DNA of 64,000 nucleotides from Intestinibacillus massiliensis (lineage in GTDB: Bacteria > Bacillota > Clostridia > Oscillospirales > Butyricicoccaceae), in the NCBI GenBank assembly GCA_029267335.1, contig JAJUJC010000003.1, forward strand, positions 165,044 through 229,043, read 5' to 3'. Under the pieces are notes generated by a model. It was not told the DNA's origin, ran no database searches, and saw nothing but the letters and a program-made list of their open reading frames with translations. This document shows, piece after piece, positions 37,502-47,374 of this stretch. Made by a program: the position numbers and the translations under genes. Every line of letters starts with the position of its first letter. The stretch's first letter is position 1.

Positions 37502-38299
37502 ATGCTTACGGTGCAGGAAATTCAGGCGATGAGCTTTGAAAAGGCCGTATTTGGCGGCTATGATATGAAATCTGTCGACGAGTTCGTCGAGCAGATGACC
37601 GAGGACTATGCTGCGCTGCAAAAAGAGAATGCCGCGCTCAAGTCCAAAATGAAGGTGCTCGTTGATAAGATCGAGGAGTATCGCAGTGTTGAGGATGGCA
37701 TGCGCCGCGCGCTGGTCTCTGCACAGAATATTGCGCAGGAAACCATCGATAAGGCGAAGCTCGAAGCAGAAGAAACCATGAGCCGCACAAAGGCGGAGCA
37801 GGAGCAAATGCTTACGCGCATGAGAACCGAGTACGAGGCCAAGACCGCAATCTATGAAAAGCAGATTGCGGCGGAGGAAATGCGCCTGAAACAGGCAAAG
37901 CAGGGCTGCACAGACTTCCTGACCAAGCTGACGGCCTATTACGAGGAGCAGCTCAAGGGACTGGTGGCACTGTCCGCAAGCGAGGCGCTCAAGGTTGAGG
38001 ACGTATCGGCAGCATCTGCCGTACAGCCTACTACACCGGAAACACCCGAAACGCTCGAGGTCACGCGTGATCTGAGCCGTGACGTGACCACAGAACCCAA
38101 GAGCGAAGCAAAGGAATATACGATTCCCGAGGATATCCGTAAATTCATGGATCAGCAGCAGGGTGATGACGGCATGAAAGTCAAAATGATGGAGGTCACG
38201 ATGCGTGACAGCCAGGCCGAAGCGGAAGGCAGCAAGTCGAAGTTCAGCTTCGGTGAGCTTAAATTTGGCTCGGATTATTCCCCGGAAAATGATAGATAA
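37502..38299 (+). CDS. divIVA: DivIVA-domain cell division protein
   Basis: ATG 37502 follows GGAGGGGAG. N-terminus FEKAVFGGYDMKSVDEFVEQM followed by a long coiled coil. Confidence 0.88.
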   Translation: MLTVQEIQAMSFEKAVFGGYDMKSVDEFVEQMTEDYAALQKENAALKSKMKVLVDKIEEYRSVEDGMRRALVSAQNIAQETIDKAKLEAEETMSRTKAEQEQMLTRMRTEYEAKTAIYEKQIAAEEMRLKQAKQGCTDFLTKLTAYYEEQLKGLVALSASEALKVEDVSAASAVQPTTPETPETLEVTRDLSRDVTTEPKSEAKEYTIPEDIRKFMDQQQGDDGMKVKMMEVTMRDSQAEAEGSKSKFSFGELKFGSDYSPENDR

Positions 38300-38352
38300 A
38301 TAAAATTCAAAATATCTGGATAGAGAAACAGCGAAAGGACGGAAACGGTACA

Positions 38353-41145
38353 ATGCCGCAGGATTACAACGCAACCATCAATCTCCCCAAAACCGAATTC
38401 CCCATGCGCGCGGGTCTGCCTAAGAGAGAGCCTGCATTTTTAGCGGGCTGGGAGGCAGCCGAGCTGTATGAAAATCTCATGAAGCGCAACGAGGGCAAGC
38501 CCCTGTTCGTGCTGCACGACGGTCCTCCGTATGCAAACGGAAATCTGCATATGGGTCACGCGCTCAACAAGATCCTCAAGGATTTTATCGTGCGCTACAA
38601 GAATATGGCAGGCTTTCAGGCACCGTATGTGCCTGGTTGGGATACCCACGGTCTGCCGATCGAGCGGCAGGCAATCAAGGCGTATGGTATGGACCGCGAC
38701 AAGGTTTCGACGGCGGAGTTCCGTTCCAAGTGCGAAGAGTTTGCGCACAAGCATGTCGATACACAGCGCACGCAGTTCAAGCGTCTGGGCGTGCTGGGCG
38801 AGTGGGACAATCCCTATCTGACTCTGACGCACGACTATGAAGCGGCGCAGATCAAGGTCTTTGGCGAAATGGCACAGAAGGGCTTCATCTACAAGGGCAT
38901 GAAGCCAGTTTACTGGTGCCCGCATGATGAGACCGCGCTGGCAGAGGCAGAGATCGAATATCAGGACGAGCCGTGCAGTTCGATCTATGTCAAGTTCGCA
39001 GTGACCGATGACCGCGGTGGCAAGCTGAGCGCGATCACCGGCTCACTCGATAAGGTCTATTTTGTTATCTGGACGACCACGACCTGGACGCTGCCGGGCA
39101 ACCTCGCGATTTCGGTCAATCCCTCGTTTGAGTATGATCTGGTCAAGGTACCGAGCGGGGATACCTATGTCCTCGCAAAGGAACTGACGGATTCGGTCAT
39201 GAAGGCGGCGGGTATCGACTCGTGGGAGGTACTGGGCACGCTGTTCGGCGCGGACCTTGAGCTGATGAAAACCAAGCACCCGATCATGGATCGCGAGTCG
39301 GTCGTCATTTGCGGCGATCATGTTACGCTCGATGCCGGTACCGGCTGCGTTCATACCGCACCGGGCTTCGGCGCGGATGACTTCATCGTGTGCCAGAAAT
39401 ACGAAATCCCGATCATTGTACCGGTCGATGGCAAGGGTTATGCGACCGCGGACGCGGGCAAGTACGCTGGCATGTACTACGAAAAGACGACCCCGCTCAT
39501 TCTGGACGACCTCAAGGCGGAGAACGCCCTGCTCGCAGTCGAGAACATCGTACACTCCTATCCGCACTGCTGGCGCTGCAAGAATCCGATCATCTTCCGC
39601 ACGACGGAGCAGTGGTTCTGCTCGGTCGACGCACTCAAGGATGACGCAGTCAAGGCATGCCGCGCGATCCAGTGGCTGCCGGGCTGGGGCGAGGAGCGCA
39701 TGGTCTCCATGATCCAAGAGCGCAGCGACTGGTGTATTTCCCGTCAGCGTGTCTGGGGTGTTCCCATCCCGATTTTCTACTGCAAGGACTGCGGCAAGCC
39801 GATCGTCAACGAGCGCACCATTGAGATCGTTGCAAAGTTGTTCGCAGAGCACGGCTCCAATGCGTGGTACGAGCTGGATGCTTCCGAGATCCTGCCCGCA
39901 GACTTTACCTGCGAGTGCGGCGGCACGCAGTTTGACAAGGAAACCGACACCATGGACGTGTGGTTTGACTCCGGTTCGTCTCATGCGGCGGTCGTCGATG
40001 CGCGTCCCAATCTGCGTTTCCCCGCAGACCTCTATCTGGAAGGCAACGACCAGTATCGCGGGTGGTTCCAGTCCTCGATGCTGACCTCGATCGCGACCAA
40101 GGGCGTTGCGCCTTATAAGACGGTCATCACCCACGGCATGATCGTGGATGAGGAGCGCCAGAAGATGTCGAAGTCGCTCGGCAACGGCATCGCACCCGAG
40201 GATATTCTGAACGAATACGGCGCAGATGTGATGCGTCTGTGGGTCGCTTCCGCGGATTATCGACAGGATATGCGTATCTCCAAGGATATGCTCAAGCACC
40301 TGTCCCAGAACTATCTCAAGATTCGTAACACCGCACGCTATATCCTCGGCAACCTCGACGGCTTTGATCCCGCTCAGGATATGGTCGCGTACGACAGCAT
40401 GCCGGAGCTGGATCGTTGGGCGCTCTATAAGCTCGGCGAGCTGATTTCCAAGGTGCGCGGCGGCTATGATCGCTATGAATTCCATGTTGTGTTCCATGCG
40501 ATCCATAATTTCTGCGTCGTCGACATGTCGAACTTCTATCTTGACGTCATCAAGGACCGTCTGTACTGCGATGCGACGGACGGCGTGGCGCGCCGTTCTG
40601 CGCAGACCACGATGTATCTGATTCTGGACGCGCTCGTGCGCATGCTGTCTCCCATCGTGTGCTTTACGGCGGACGAGATCTGGCAGGCGATGCCGCACCG
40701 CGCCGGCGATGAGCGGAGCAATATCGCGCTCAACGATATGCCGGTCGCGTCCGAGCAGTATGCATTCGACGAGGCGCACACCGAGAAGTGGGCGCGCCTG
40801 ATTGCGCTGCGCGACGACGTGAACAAGGCACTCGAGCAGGCACGCAGCGAGAAGATCATCGGCAAGCCGCTTGAGGCGAATGTCACGATCCATGCGGCGG
40901 CGGATTCGGCTACATTCCTGCAAAACTGCGGCGAGGATCTCGCGGCGTTGTGCATCGTTTCCAAGGTCACGGTGACTGAGGGCGAGGGCGCAGGTCTTGC
41001 GGGTGAGAACTTTGGCGGCATTACGGTCGAGGTTGCACGCGCGGAGGGCGAAAAGTGCGCTCGCTGCTGGATGTACACCGAAACTGTGGGTAAAGATGCC
41101 AAGCATCCATGCCTGTGCGCACGCTGCGCCAGCGTTGTAGGCTGA
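38353..41145 (+). CDS. ileS: Isoleucine--tRNA ligase
   Basis: 930 aa. HIGH-type motif PYANGNLHMGHA, KMSKS, and a C-terminal Zn-finger CARCW...CARC. Confidence 0.97.
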   Translation: MPQDYNATINLPKTEFPMRAGLPKREPAFLAGWEAAELYENLMKRNEGKPLFVLHDGPPYANGNLHMGHALNKILKDFIVRYKNMAGFQAPYVPGWDTHGLPIERQAIKAYGMDRDKVSTAEFRSKCEEFAHKHVDTQRTQFKRLGVLGEWDNPYLTLTHDYEAAQIKVFGEMAQKGFIYKGMKPVYWCPHDETALAEAEIEYQDEPCSSIYVKFAVTDDRGGKLSAITGSLDKVYFVIWTTTTWTLPGNLAISVNPSFEYDLVKVPSGDTYVLAKELTDSVMKAAGIDSWEVLGTLFGADLELMKTKHPIMDRESVVICGDHVTLDAGTGCVHTAPGFGADDFIVCQKYEIPIIVPVDGKGYATADAGKYAGMYYEKTTPLILDDLKAENALLAVENIVHSYPHCWRCKNPIIFRTTEQWFCSVDALKDDAVKACRAIQWLPGWGEERMVSMIQERSDWCISRQRVWGVPIPIFYCKDCGKPIVNERTIEIVAKLFAEHGSNAWYELDASEILPADFTCECGGTQFDKETDTMDVWFDSGSSHAAVVDARPNLRFPADLYLEGNDQYRGWFQSSMLTSIATKGVAPYKTVITHGMIVDEERQKMSKSLGNGIAPEDILNEYGADVMRLWVASADYRQDMRISKDMLKHLSQNYLKIRNTARYILGNLDGFDPAQDMVAYDSMPELDRWALYKLGELISKVRGGYDRYEFHVVFHAIHNFCVVDMSNFYLDVIKDRLYCDATDGVARRSAQTTMYLILDALVRMLSPIVCFTADEIWQAMPHRAGDERSNIALNDMPVASEQYAFDEAHTEKWARLIALRDDVNKALEQARSEKIIGKPLEANVTIHAAADSATFLQNCGEDLAALCIVSKVTVTEGEGAGLAGENFGGITVEVARAEGEKCARCWMYTETVGKDAKHPCLCARCASVVG

Positions 41146-41160
41146 TTTTAGGATTTCCCC

Positions 41161-41193
41161 AAGAGGGCAGGCGGCACGCCTGCCCTCTTGTTG
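41161..41193 (+). terminator. Hairpin after ileS (weak U-tract, possible partial terminator)
   Basis: 12-bp stem AAGAGGGCAGGC/GCCTGCCCTCTT followed by GTTG. Confidence 0.5.
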
Positions 41194-41220
41194 CTATCAC
41201 ACCGAAACGGAGAAAACACT

Positions 41221-41676
41221 ATGATTCCTATTTTGGCGATCGTACTGATGGTCGCAGCTGATCAGCTTGTAAAATACTGGGCGGTCACGACGCTTCAGGC
41301 CGTCGGTACGATTCCGGTCATTGAAAATGTCTTTCACTTGACCTACCTCGAAAATCGCGGTGCTGCATTCAGCATCTTACAGGACAAAATCTGGTTTTTC
41401 GTCGTGCTGACTGCGGTCGTGCTCAGCGCGATGGCATATGCGCTGCATCAGGGCGCGGTCAAGACCACGCTTGGGCGGTGGTCGCTGTACATCATTGCGG
41501 GCGGCGCGCTCGGCAACCTGATCGACCGTGTGCTGCGCGGTTTTGTGGTCGATCTGTTTGATTTCCGGCTCATTCACTTTCCGGTATTCAATGTTGCGGA
41601 TATTTTCGTGTGCGTCGGCGGTGCGCTGTTTGTATACTATTTTCTGTTTCAGCATGACAAGGCGGGCCGCGCATGA
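41221..41676 (+). CDS. lspA: Lipoprotein signal peptidase (signal peptidase II)
   Basis: NRGAAFS and FNVADI motifs, four TM segments. Confidence 0.93.
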   Translation: MIPILAIVLMVAADQLVKYWAVTTLQAVGTIPVIENVFHLTYLENRGAAFSILQDKIWFFVVLTAVVLSAMAYALHQGAVKTTLGRWSLYIIAGGALGNLIDRVLRGFVVDLFDFRLIHFPVFNVADIFVCVGGALFVYYFLFQHDKAGRA

Positions 41677-42593
41677 ACGAGCATACACTACACACCGAAG
41701 CACAGGATGCGGGCAAACGGGTCGATAAGTATCTGAGCGAGCAACTGGATGGGCTGACGCGCAGTGCGATCCAAAATCTGCTGGAGGACGGTCAAGTGAC
41801 CCTCGATGGACAGCCCATCAAGAAAAATTATAAGCTGACGGGCGGCGAATCGTTTACAGTGACGCTGCCCGAGGTGCGCGCTGTCGATCTCACGCCGCAG
41901 AATCTGCCGCTTGATATCGTTTACGAGGACGACGATATCATTGTCGTCAACAAAGCGCGCGGCATGGTCGTGCATCCCGCCGCGGGCAACTGGGACGGTA
42001 CGCTTGTCAATGCACTGATGTTCCATTGCGGCAGCAGTCTGTCCGGCATTAACGGCGAGCTGCGCCCGGGCATCGTGCATCGCATTGACAAGGACACGAG
42101 CGGTTTGCTCGTCGTTGCCAAGAATGATCTGGCACATCAGGGACTCGCCGCGCAGATCGCCGCCCACACCGCACAGCGTGAATATGAAGCGATTGTGTGC
42201 GGCACGGTACGCGAAGATGAGGGCACAATCGACAAGCCCATCGGTCGAAGCAAGACCGATCGCAAGAAAATGGCGATCCTGCCGGATGGTAGGCAAGCGG
42301 TCACGCACTTTGCCGTGATGGGACGGTATCGCGGCTACACCCACATGGCGTTTCGGCTGGAAACCGGCAGGACGCACCAAATCCGTGTTCATATGGCGTC
42401 GGTCGGTCATCCGATCATCGGAGACCCACTGTACGGCCCGAAAAAAGAACGATTTGCATCACTCGGCGGACAATGCCTGCATGCGGGCACATTGACGCTG
42501 ACACATCCGCGGACAGGGGAGCGCATGGTTTTCCGTGCGCCGCGTCCTGCGTATTTTGATGAGGTACTCAAACGGCTAGGGGAGGAATTATGA
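41673..42593 (+). CDS. rluD: RluA-family 23S rRNA pseudouridine synthase (RluD-like)
   Basis: S4 domain and catalytic motif HRIDKDTSGLLVVAK. ATGA overlap with lspA. Confidence 0.9.
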   Translation: MNEHTLHTEAQDAGKRVDKYLSEQLDGLTRSAIQNLLEDGQVTLDGQPIKKNYKLTGGESFTVTLPEVRAVDLTPQNLPLDIVYEDDDIIVVNKARGMVVHPAAGNWDGTLVNALMFHCGSSLSGINGELRPGIVHRIDKDTSGLLVVAKNDLAHQGLAAQIAAHTAQREYEAIVCGTVREDEGTIDKPIGRSKTDRKKMAILPDGRQAVTHFAVMGRYRGYTHMAFRLETGRTHQIRVHMASVGHPIIGDPLYGPKKERFASLGGQCLHAGTLTLTHPRTGERMVFRAPRPAYFDEVLKRLGEEL

Positions 42594-43399
42594 AGCACAG
42601 ATTTGAAGGTATGCTGCTCGCAAGTGATTTCGATGGTACGCTGCTCGACAGCGACAGTGCCGTCAGCCGTGAAAACCGCGAAGCACTCGATTATTTCACC
42701 GCGAACGGCGGTTATTTCACACCTGCGACCGGACGGATTCCGAGCGTTGCGCTGCCGTATTGCATGGAGTTGCCGGTCAATACGCCGTGCATCTTTATGA
42801 ACGGTGCGATCTTGTACGATGTCATTGCAGGCAAGGCGATCGAGCAGAGCAGTCTTCCGAAGGAAGCACTGCACTTGGTCGAGGCGGTGATGGCGGAATT
42901 TCCTACCTTGGGCGTAGAAATTTTCACAACGGACGGCGCGTATGTCGCGCAGCTCGGTGAGGTGACGAAATGGCATTTTGGCGGTCTGCATTTGCCGCTC
43001 GAGCAGGTCGATCCGCGCACGATCCTGCCGATGGAGAGTTGGTGCAAGCTCAACTTGACCGGTGATACCGCGCTGCTTTCGCAGGTGAAAAGCTTCCTGC
43101 GTCCGTGGCAGGCGGATTTTGAAATGTCGTCGTCATATCCGCTGTTTTGGGAGATCACCGCGCGCGGGATCGACAAGGGCGCGGCGGTGCTGCGCGTCGC
43201 AGAACATATGGGCGTATCGCGTGATCGAATTTTCACGATCGGCGACAGCTATAACGATACTTCGATGCTGCGCATTGCGGCGCATGCGTTTGCTCCGGCA
43301 AATGCAGAGCAGGAACTGCTCGACCTTGCAGATACCGTAGTGTCACATCATGACCAACACGCGCTGCGTGACGCCATTGCAACGCTCGAAAAACTGTAA
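42590..43399 (+). CDS. Cof-type HAD-IIB family hydrolase
   Basis: DFDGTLL and GDSYNDTSM motifs. ATGA overlap with rluD. Confidence 0.85.
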   Translation: MKHRFEGMLLASDFDGTLLDSDSAVSRENREALDYFTANGGYFTPATGRIPSVALPYCMELPVNTPCIFMNGAILYDVIAGKAIEQSSLPKEALHLVEAVMAEFPTLGVEIFTTDGAYVAQLGEVTKWHFGGLHLPLEQVDPRTILPMESWCKLNLTGDTALLSQVKSFLRPWQADFEMSSSYPLFWEITARGIDKGAAVLRVAEHMGVSRDRIFTIGDSYNDTSMLRIAAHAFAPANAEQELLDLADTVVSHHDQHALRDAIATLEKL

Positions 43400-43400
43400 G

Positions 43401-43438
43401 AAAAAGCGCCCCTTCTCCTCGGAGAAGGGGCGCTTTTT
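43401..43438. terminator. Bidirectional terminator between the HAD gene and degV
   Basis: 18-bp stem AAAAAGCGCCCCTTCTCC/GGAGAAGGGGCGCTTTTT. Confidence 0.9.
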
Positions 43439-43440
43439 CG

Positions 43441-44310
43441 TTATCGCTGTGTGCCAAGGTAAAACAGGGCGATCGTACCCGGCCCGGAATGGCAGCCGAT
43501 GACCGGCTCCAGACAGGAGATCAAAATATCCTTCGTGCCGAAGCGTTCGGCAACGCGGTCACGCACATACTGCGCATCCGCCTCGCAGTCGCCGTGTACA
43601 ATGTATACGGTCTGCTGCGCGGGGTCGATCGCGGTCTGCGCCATCTTTTCGACGAGTGCATCGAGCGAAGCGCGGCGACCGCGCACCTTGGAGATCATGA
43701 TGAGATGTCCCTCGTCATCGACATGCAGCACAGGCTTGATGCCGACCATCGAACCGACGATCGCTGCTGCTTTGGAAACACGTCCGCCGCGATGCAGGAA
43801 AAACAAATCGTCGACTGTAAACCAGTGACACAGGTGCAGCCGGTTGTCCATCAGCCACTGCGTGACCGCTTCGATGTCCTGTCCCTGTTCGCGCAGCCGT
43901 GCTGCATGTGTCACGAGCAATCCCTCACCGAGTGCTGCTGCAAGCGAATCCACGCAGCGCACACGTTGATTGGGATATTCCGCACCGAGCTGCTGTAAAA
44001 TCGAGGAGGCGGTCTGATAGGTCGCGCTCAAACCGGAGGAAAAGCCGATATAGAGCACATCGTTGCCTGCGTCCAGCTCCGCGGTGAAGATGTCCAGACA
44101 ATCCTGCGGTGCGACGCTCGAGGTCGTAATGCGCTCTTTGCGGCGCATTGCGGCGTAAAACTGCGCTAAATCAAGTGTTTCACCCTTGACATAGCTGCGA
44201 ATCTGCTTGCCGCCGGACTGAAAGACCAGAGAAATGATCTTGAGATCATACTGCTCGATGATTTCGCGCGGCAGATTACAGGAAGAGTCGGTTACAATCG
44301 AAAAGCCCAT
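43441..44310 (-). CDS. DegV-family fatty-acid-binding protein
   Basis: IVTDSSCNLP N-terminus and the GPGTIALFY C-terminal motif. Confidence 0.9.
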   Translation of the reverse strand: MGFSIVTDSSCNLPREIIEQYDLKIISLVFQSGGKQIRSYVKGETLDLAQFYAAMRRKERITTSSVAPQDCLDIFTAELDAGNDVLYIGFSSGLSATYQTASSILQQLGAEYPNQRVRCVDSLAAALGEGLLVTHAARLREQGQDIEAVTQWLMDNRLHLCHWFTVDDLFFLHRGGRVSKAAAIVGSMVGIKPVLHVDDEGHLIMISKVRGRRASLDALVEKMAQTAIDPAQQTVYIVHGDCEADAQYVRDRVAERFGTKDILISCLEPVIGCHSGPGTIALFYLGTQR

Positions 44311-44313
44311 AAT

Positions 44314-44889
44314 TTACTCCTTTGTGGTTGGATCATGCGCATCGCTTTGTGCGCGGTGGTAGGTGCGGGTGCGCTGTGCAACAAGGATCGCGGAAGCGCA
44401 GTTGCATGCAACGTCGAGCAGCAGACACACACCGATGAAAACGTTGAGCGCCGCGACCGCCTGGAAGGGATTCCAGATCAGCACTGCGCCGAGGATCGCG
44501 GTGACAAGCCCGATACCGAGCGGCACCTGCCAATACTGTGAATCCATATGATGCAGATCAAACGCTGCCTGCACCTTGAACACACTGTCCACGAGCAGCA
44601 GGATGCCAAACAGGAAGGGGAGCGCCTTGAGCACGTCCTGTACCCGCAGCAGCACCACTAGACCAATGACAAGCAGTAATAAACCATTTGCAAGCGTAGA
44701 AGTGCGGGTAAAACCGTGATGATTTTGCACGAAATAGGAAATGCTATAGGCAAGGCCCAATACGAAGAGCACCGCGCCGACGGCGTAGCAGATCGTAATG
44801 GCGGAGGTTTCCGGCCAGACGACCAGAACAATGCCAAGCACCGCATAAGCGAGCGCTTGCAGGATCGGGTATAGTTTGCGTACAGACAT
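44314..44889 (-). CDS. HdeD/DUF308-family membrane protein
   Basis: Six predicted TM helices in three repeated pairs. Confidence 0.7.
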   Translation of the reverse strand: MSVRKLYPILQALAYAVLGIVLVVWPETSAITICYAVGAVLFVLGLAYSISYFVQNHHGFTRTSTLANGLLLLVIGLVVLLRVQDVLKALPFLFGILLLVDSVFKVQAAFDLHHMDSQYWQVPLGIGLVTAILGAVLIWNPFQAVAALNVFIGVCLLLDVACNCASAILVAQRTRTYHRAQSDAHDPTTKE

Positions 44890-44997
44890 GCGTAATCGCT
44901 TCTCCTTCCAGGCATAGCATCCGAACAGGTTACATATTGCTTATATTATAGACGGATAATCTTGTTTTTGCAAGTCGTCGGAAAAGAGGACACGAAA

Positions 44998-45285
44998 ATG
45001 TATCGAATGGGTCAGGTTTTGCTGCTGCAAGCAGGCTGCGCATGGGGTATGGGTCTCAGCCCCATCGCGATTCTGGGCTTGGGCGGGCTGAGCATGCTCA
45101 CAAAAAGTGTATCTGACGCAGCGGTTGCTGCGCCGGGACTTTTGCGTCGCGCCGCGGTGCTGAGCGTGCTCATGGGTGCATGGGTGCTGCTCTATTTCGT
45201 GGTGAGCAGGGGAGCCACACTGTCCGGACAGGCGCTGCTGTGCGGTATCGCGTGTCTTATGCTGTCTGTGCTGCTCCAGGCATAG
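44998..45285 (+). CDS. Hypothetical small membrane protein (95 aa)
   Basis: ATG 44998 lies 8 nt after AAGAGGA. Three hydrophobic segments. No family recognised. Confidence 0.45.
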   Translation: MYRMGQVLLLQAGCAWGMGLSPIAILGLGGLSMLTKSVSDAAVAAPGLLRRAAVLSVLMGAWVLLYFVVSRGATLSGQALLCGIACLMLSVLLQA

Positions 45286-45345
45286 GTTTTACTATACTTT
45301 ACGAAGGGACTATGCTATACTGAAAACAAGATAGGAGGTGGCGCG

Positions 45346-45786
45346 ATGCTATTTGGTTTTCCGAGTGCTTATGTATGGATGGTCGTATTGATCGCGACAA
45401 TCGCCATAGAAGCATTCACGCTGAATCTTGTTTCGATCTGGTTCGGTGTCGGTGCGCTGGCTGCGCTCATTTTAACGACACTGGAGTTGCCTGTCGCGGC
45501 GCAGTTGATCGCGTTTATCGTGGTCGCAGCGGCGCTGCTCGTACTGGTGCGTCCGTTTACAAAAAGACTGCTGCGCATCAAGGACGAAAAGACCAACGCC
45601 GATCGAATCATCGGACAGACAGCGATCGTAACGGTGAAAATCAACAATGCACTGTCGCAGGGCGAGATCAAGCTGATGGGACAGAACTGGAGCGCACGCA
45701 GCGCAGACGACACGCAGATCGCCGTAGGCGATACCGTGCGTGTGCTTGCGATCGCCGGCGTGCGAGCCGTCGTGGAAAAGGTATAA
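45346..45786 (+). CDS. NfeD-family membrane protein
   Basis: Three N-terminal TM segments plus a C-terminal OB-like domain (GQTAIVT...GEIKLMGQNWSARS...GDTVRVLAI). Precedes an SPFH gene. Confidence 0.85.
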   Translation: MLFGFPSAYVWMVVLIATIAIEAFTLNLVSIWFGVGALAALILTTLELPVAAQLIAFIVVAAALLVLVRPFTKRLLRIKDEKTNADRIIGQTAIVTVKINNALSQGEIKLMGQNWSARSADDTQIAVGDTVRVLAIAGVRAVVEKV

Positions 45787-45805
45787 TGGGTTAGGAGGAT
45801 AAACA

Positions 45806-46714
45806 ATGCCGTTATTCGGAATTATTTGGGTCGTACTTGCGATCCTGCTGATCGCATTTCTCGCGTCGAATATCGTGATCGTGCCGCAGGCGAAGGCGTA
45901 CATCATTGAGCGTCTGGGCGCGTATCAGGGTACATGGGGTACGGGTCTGCACATGAAGATCCCGCTGTTTGAGCGTGTTGCCCGTCGGGTGACCATGAAG
46001 GAGCAGGTCGTGGACTTCCCGCCGCAGCCCGTTATCACCAAGGATAACGTTACCATGCAGATCGACACGATCGTGTATTTTCAGATCACAGATCCTAAGC
46101 TCTTCACCTATGGCATCGAAAATCCGATGTCTGCGATTGAAAATCTGACCGCAACAACGCTGCGTAACATCATCGGTGATCTGGAACTCGACCAGACGCT
46201 GACAAGCCGCGATATCATCAACACCAAGATGCGCGCGATCCTAGACGAAGCGACCGACCCGTGGGGCATCAAGGTCAACCGCGTCGAACTGAAGAATATC
46301 ATTCCGCCCGCTGCGATCCAGGAATCCATGGAGAAGCAGATGAAGGCAGAACGCGAACGCCGCGAAGCGATCCTCGTTGCAGAAGGCAAGAAGCAGTCCG
46401 CAATTCTGGTCGCGGAGGGCGAGAAGGAATCGGTCGTCCTGCGCGCGGAGGCGACCCGTCTGGCGAAGATCAAGGAAGCGGAAGGCGAAGCGGAAGCGAT
46501 GCTGACCGTACAGAAGGCACTGGCGGATTCGCTCAAGATGCTGAATGATGCCTCTCCGAACAGCGAGGTCATCAAAATCAAGGCGCTTGAAGCATTTGCC
46601 AAGGCGGCGGACGGCAAGGCGACCAAGATCATCATCCCGAGCGAGATCCAGAGCCTTGCAGGGCTTGCCACTTCCTTTAAAGAAGTGCTGACTGAGCCGA
46701 AAAATCCCCAATAA
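45806..46714 (+). CDS. SPFH/Band 7 (stomatin/slipin-like) protein
   Basis: N-terminal TM segment, SPFH core (TKDNVTMQIDTIVYFQITDP) and an Ala/Glu-rich coiled coil. Confidence 0.92.
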   Translation: MPLFGIIWVVLAILLIAFLASNIVIVPQAKAYIIERLGAYQGTWGTGLHMKIPLFERVARRVTMKEQVVDFPPQPVITKDNVTMQIDTIVYFQITDPKLFTYGIENPMSAIENLTATTLRNIIGDLELDQTLTSRDIINTKMRAILDEATDPWGIKVNRVELKNIIPPAAIQESMEKQMKAERERREAILVAEGKKQSAILVAEGEKESVVLRAEATRLAKIKEAEGEAEAMLTVQKALADSLKMLNDASPNSEVIKIKALEAFAKAADGKATKIIIPSEIQSLAGLATSFKEVLTEPKNPQ

Positions 46715-46728
46715 TTACTGTTACAGTG

Positions 46729-46766
46729 AAAAGCGTCCCCGATGTATGCGCGGGGACGCTTTTTTC
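46729..46766 (+). terminator. Intrinsic terminator after the SPFH gene
   Basis: GCGTCCCCG/CGGGGACGC stem followed by TTTTTT. Confidence 0.85.
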
Positions 46767-46837
46767 ATTATTTTTGGCAAAACTCTTGGGTACGGCAGGA
46801 AGATATACGGCATAGAATGCATCAGAAAATGTGTCCT

Positions 46838-46847
46838 ATGAGAGGAC
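46838..46847 (+). repeat. 10-bp direct repeat ATGAGAGGAC (copy 1), identical to part of the tRNA-Val gene
   Basis: Exact match to 47419-47428. Confidence 0.3.
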
Positions 46848-46866
46848 AATATAGGAGGCGACAGCG

Positions 46867-47157
46867 ATGAGTATGATTTTGGACATGATTCATCCGGAGC
46901 TGATGGTGTTGGTTCCGGTTCTATATTTTTGGGGCATCCTGCTTAAAAAATCACTGCTGATCAACAATCGTTACATTCCGCTGCTGCTAGGGGGCATGGG
47001 TATCGTATTTGCCGTGATCTATATTGCAGCGGTCACACCGATTCTTGGGGCGCGAGATGTGCTGATGGTGCTTTTTGGCGCGGTGACACAAGGGTTGCTG
47101 TGCGCAGGATGCAGCGTCTATATCCATCAAATTTTAAAACAGATGCAGAAAAAATAA
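46867..47157 (+). CDS. Holin-like small membrane protein (Hol44/phage-holin superfamily V-like)
   Basis: 96 aa. Pattern PELMVLVPVLYFWGILLKK...IPLLLGGMGIV...VTQGLLCAGCSVYIHQILKQ resembles clostridial proteins annotated as phage holin family. Confidence 0.55.
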   Translation: MSMILDMIHPELMVLVPVLYFWGILLKKSLLINNRYIPLLLGGMGIVFAVIYIAAVTPILGARDVLMVLFGAVTQGLLCAGCSVYIHQILKQMQKK

Positions 47158-47229
47158 ATTCAGGCAAGCACCATGTTTCGACAAAATTCATGCATACTTC
47201 GCCGTACACTGGAGGGGACAACTCGCTTG

Positions 47230-47257
47230 GCCGCTCCGAAAGGGGCGGCTTTTCTCT
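47230..47257 (+). terminator. Intrinsic terminator downstream of the holin-like gene
   Basis: GCCGCTCC-GAAA-GGGGCGGC hairpin followed by TTTTCTCTT. Confidence 0.65.
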
Positions 47258-47374
47258 TGTCTGTGGTGCAATGCGAGGTGCAACGCCACTTTGCACGAAA
47301 ACGTCCTTTTTCGTGCTGCGGCGCAAAGGAACGAAAGAGCGCAAAAATACGATAACACTGCTTAAAATGCAAAA

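Noticed and set aside
38300-38352. Expected T-box leader upstream of ileS.
   Set aside because: Only 53 nt separate divIVA from ileS. There is no room for a T-box, and no specifier or T-box sequence is visible.
47173-47355. Overlapping 60-103-aa ORFs (47033-47344 minus, 47100-47408 plus, 47160-47372 minus, 47173-47355 plus) in the gap next to tRNA-Val.
   Set aside because: They are mutually overlapping, run through terminator hairpins, have no SD/start combination, and have Arg/Lys/Cys-rich nonsense-like composition.
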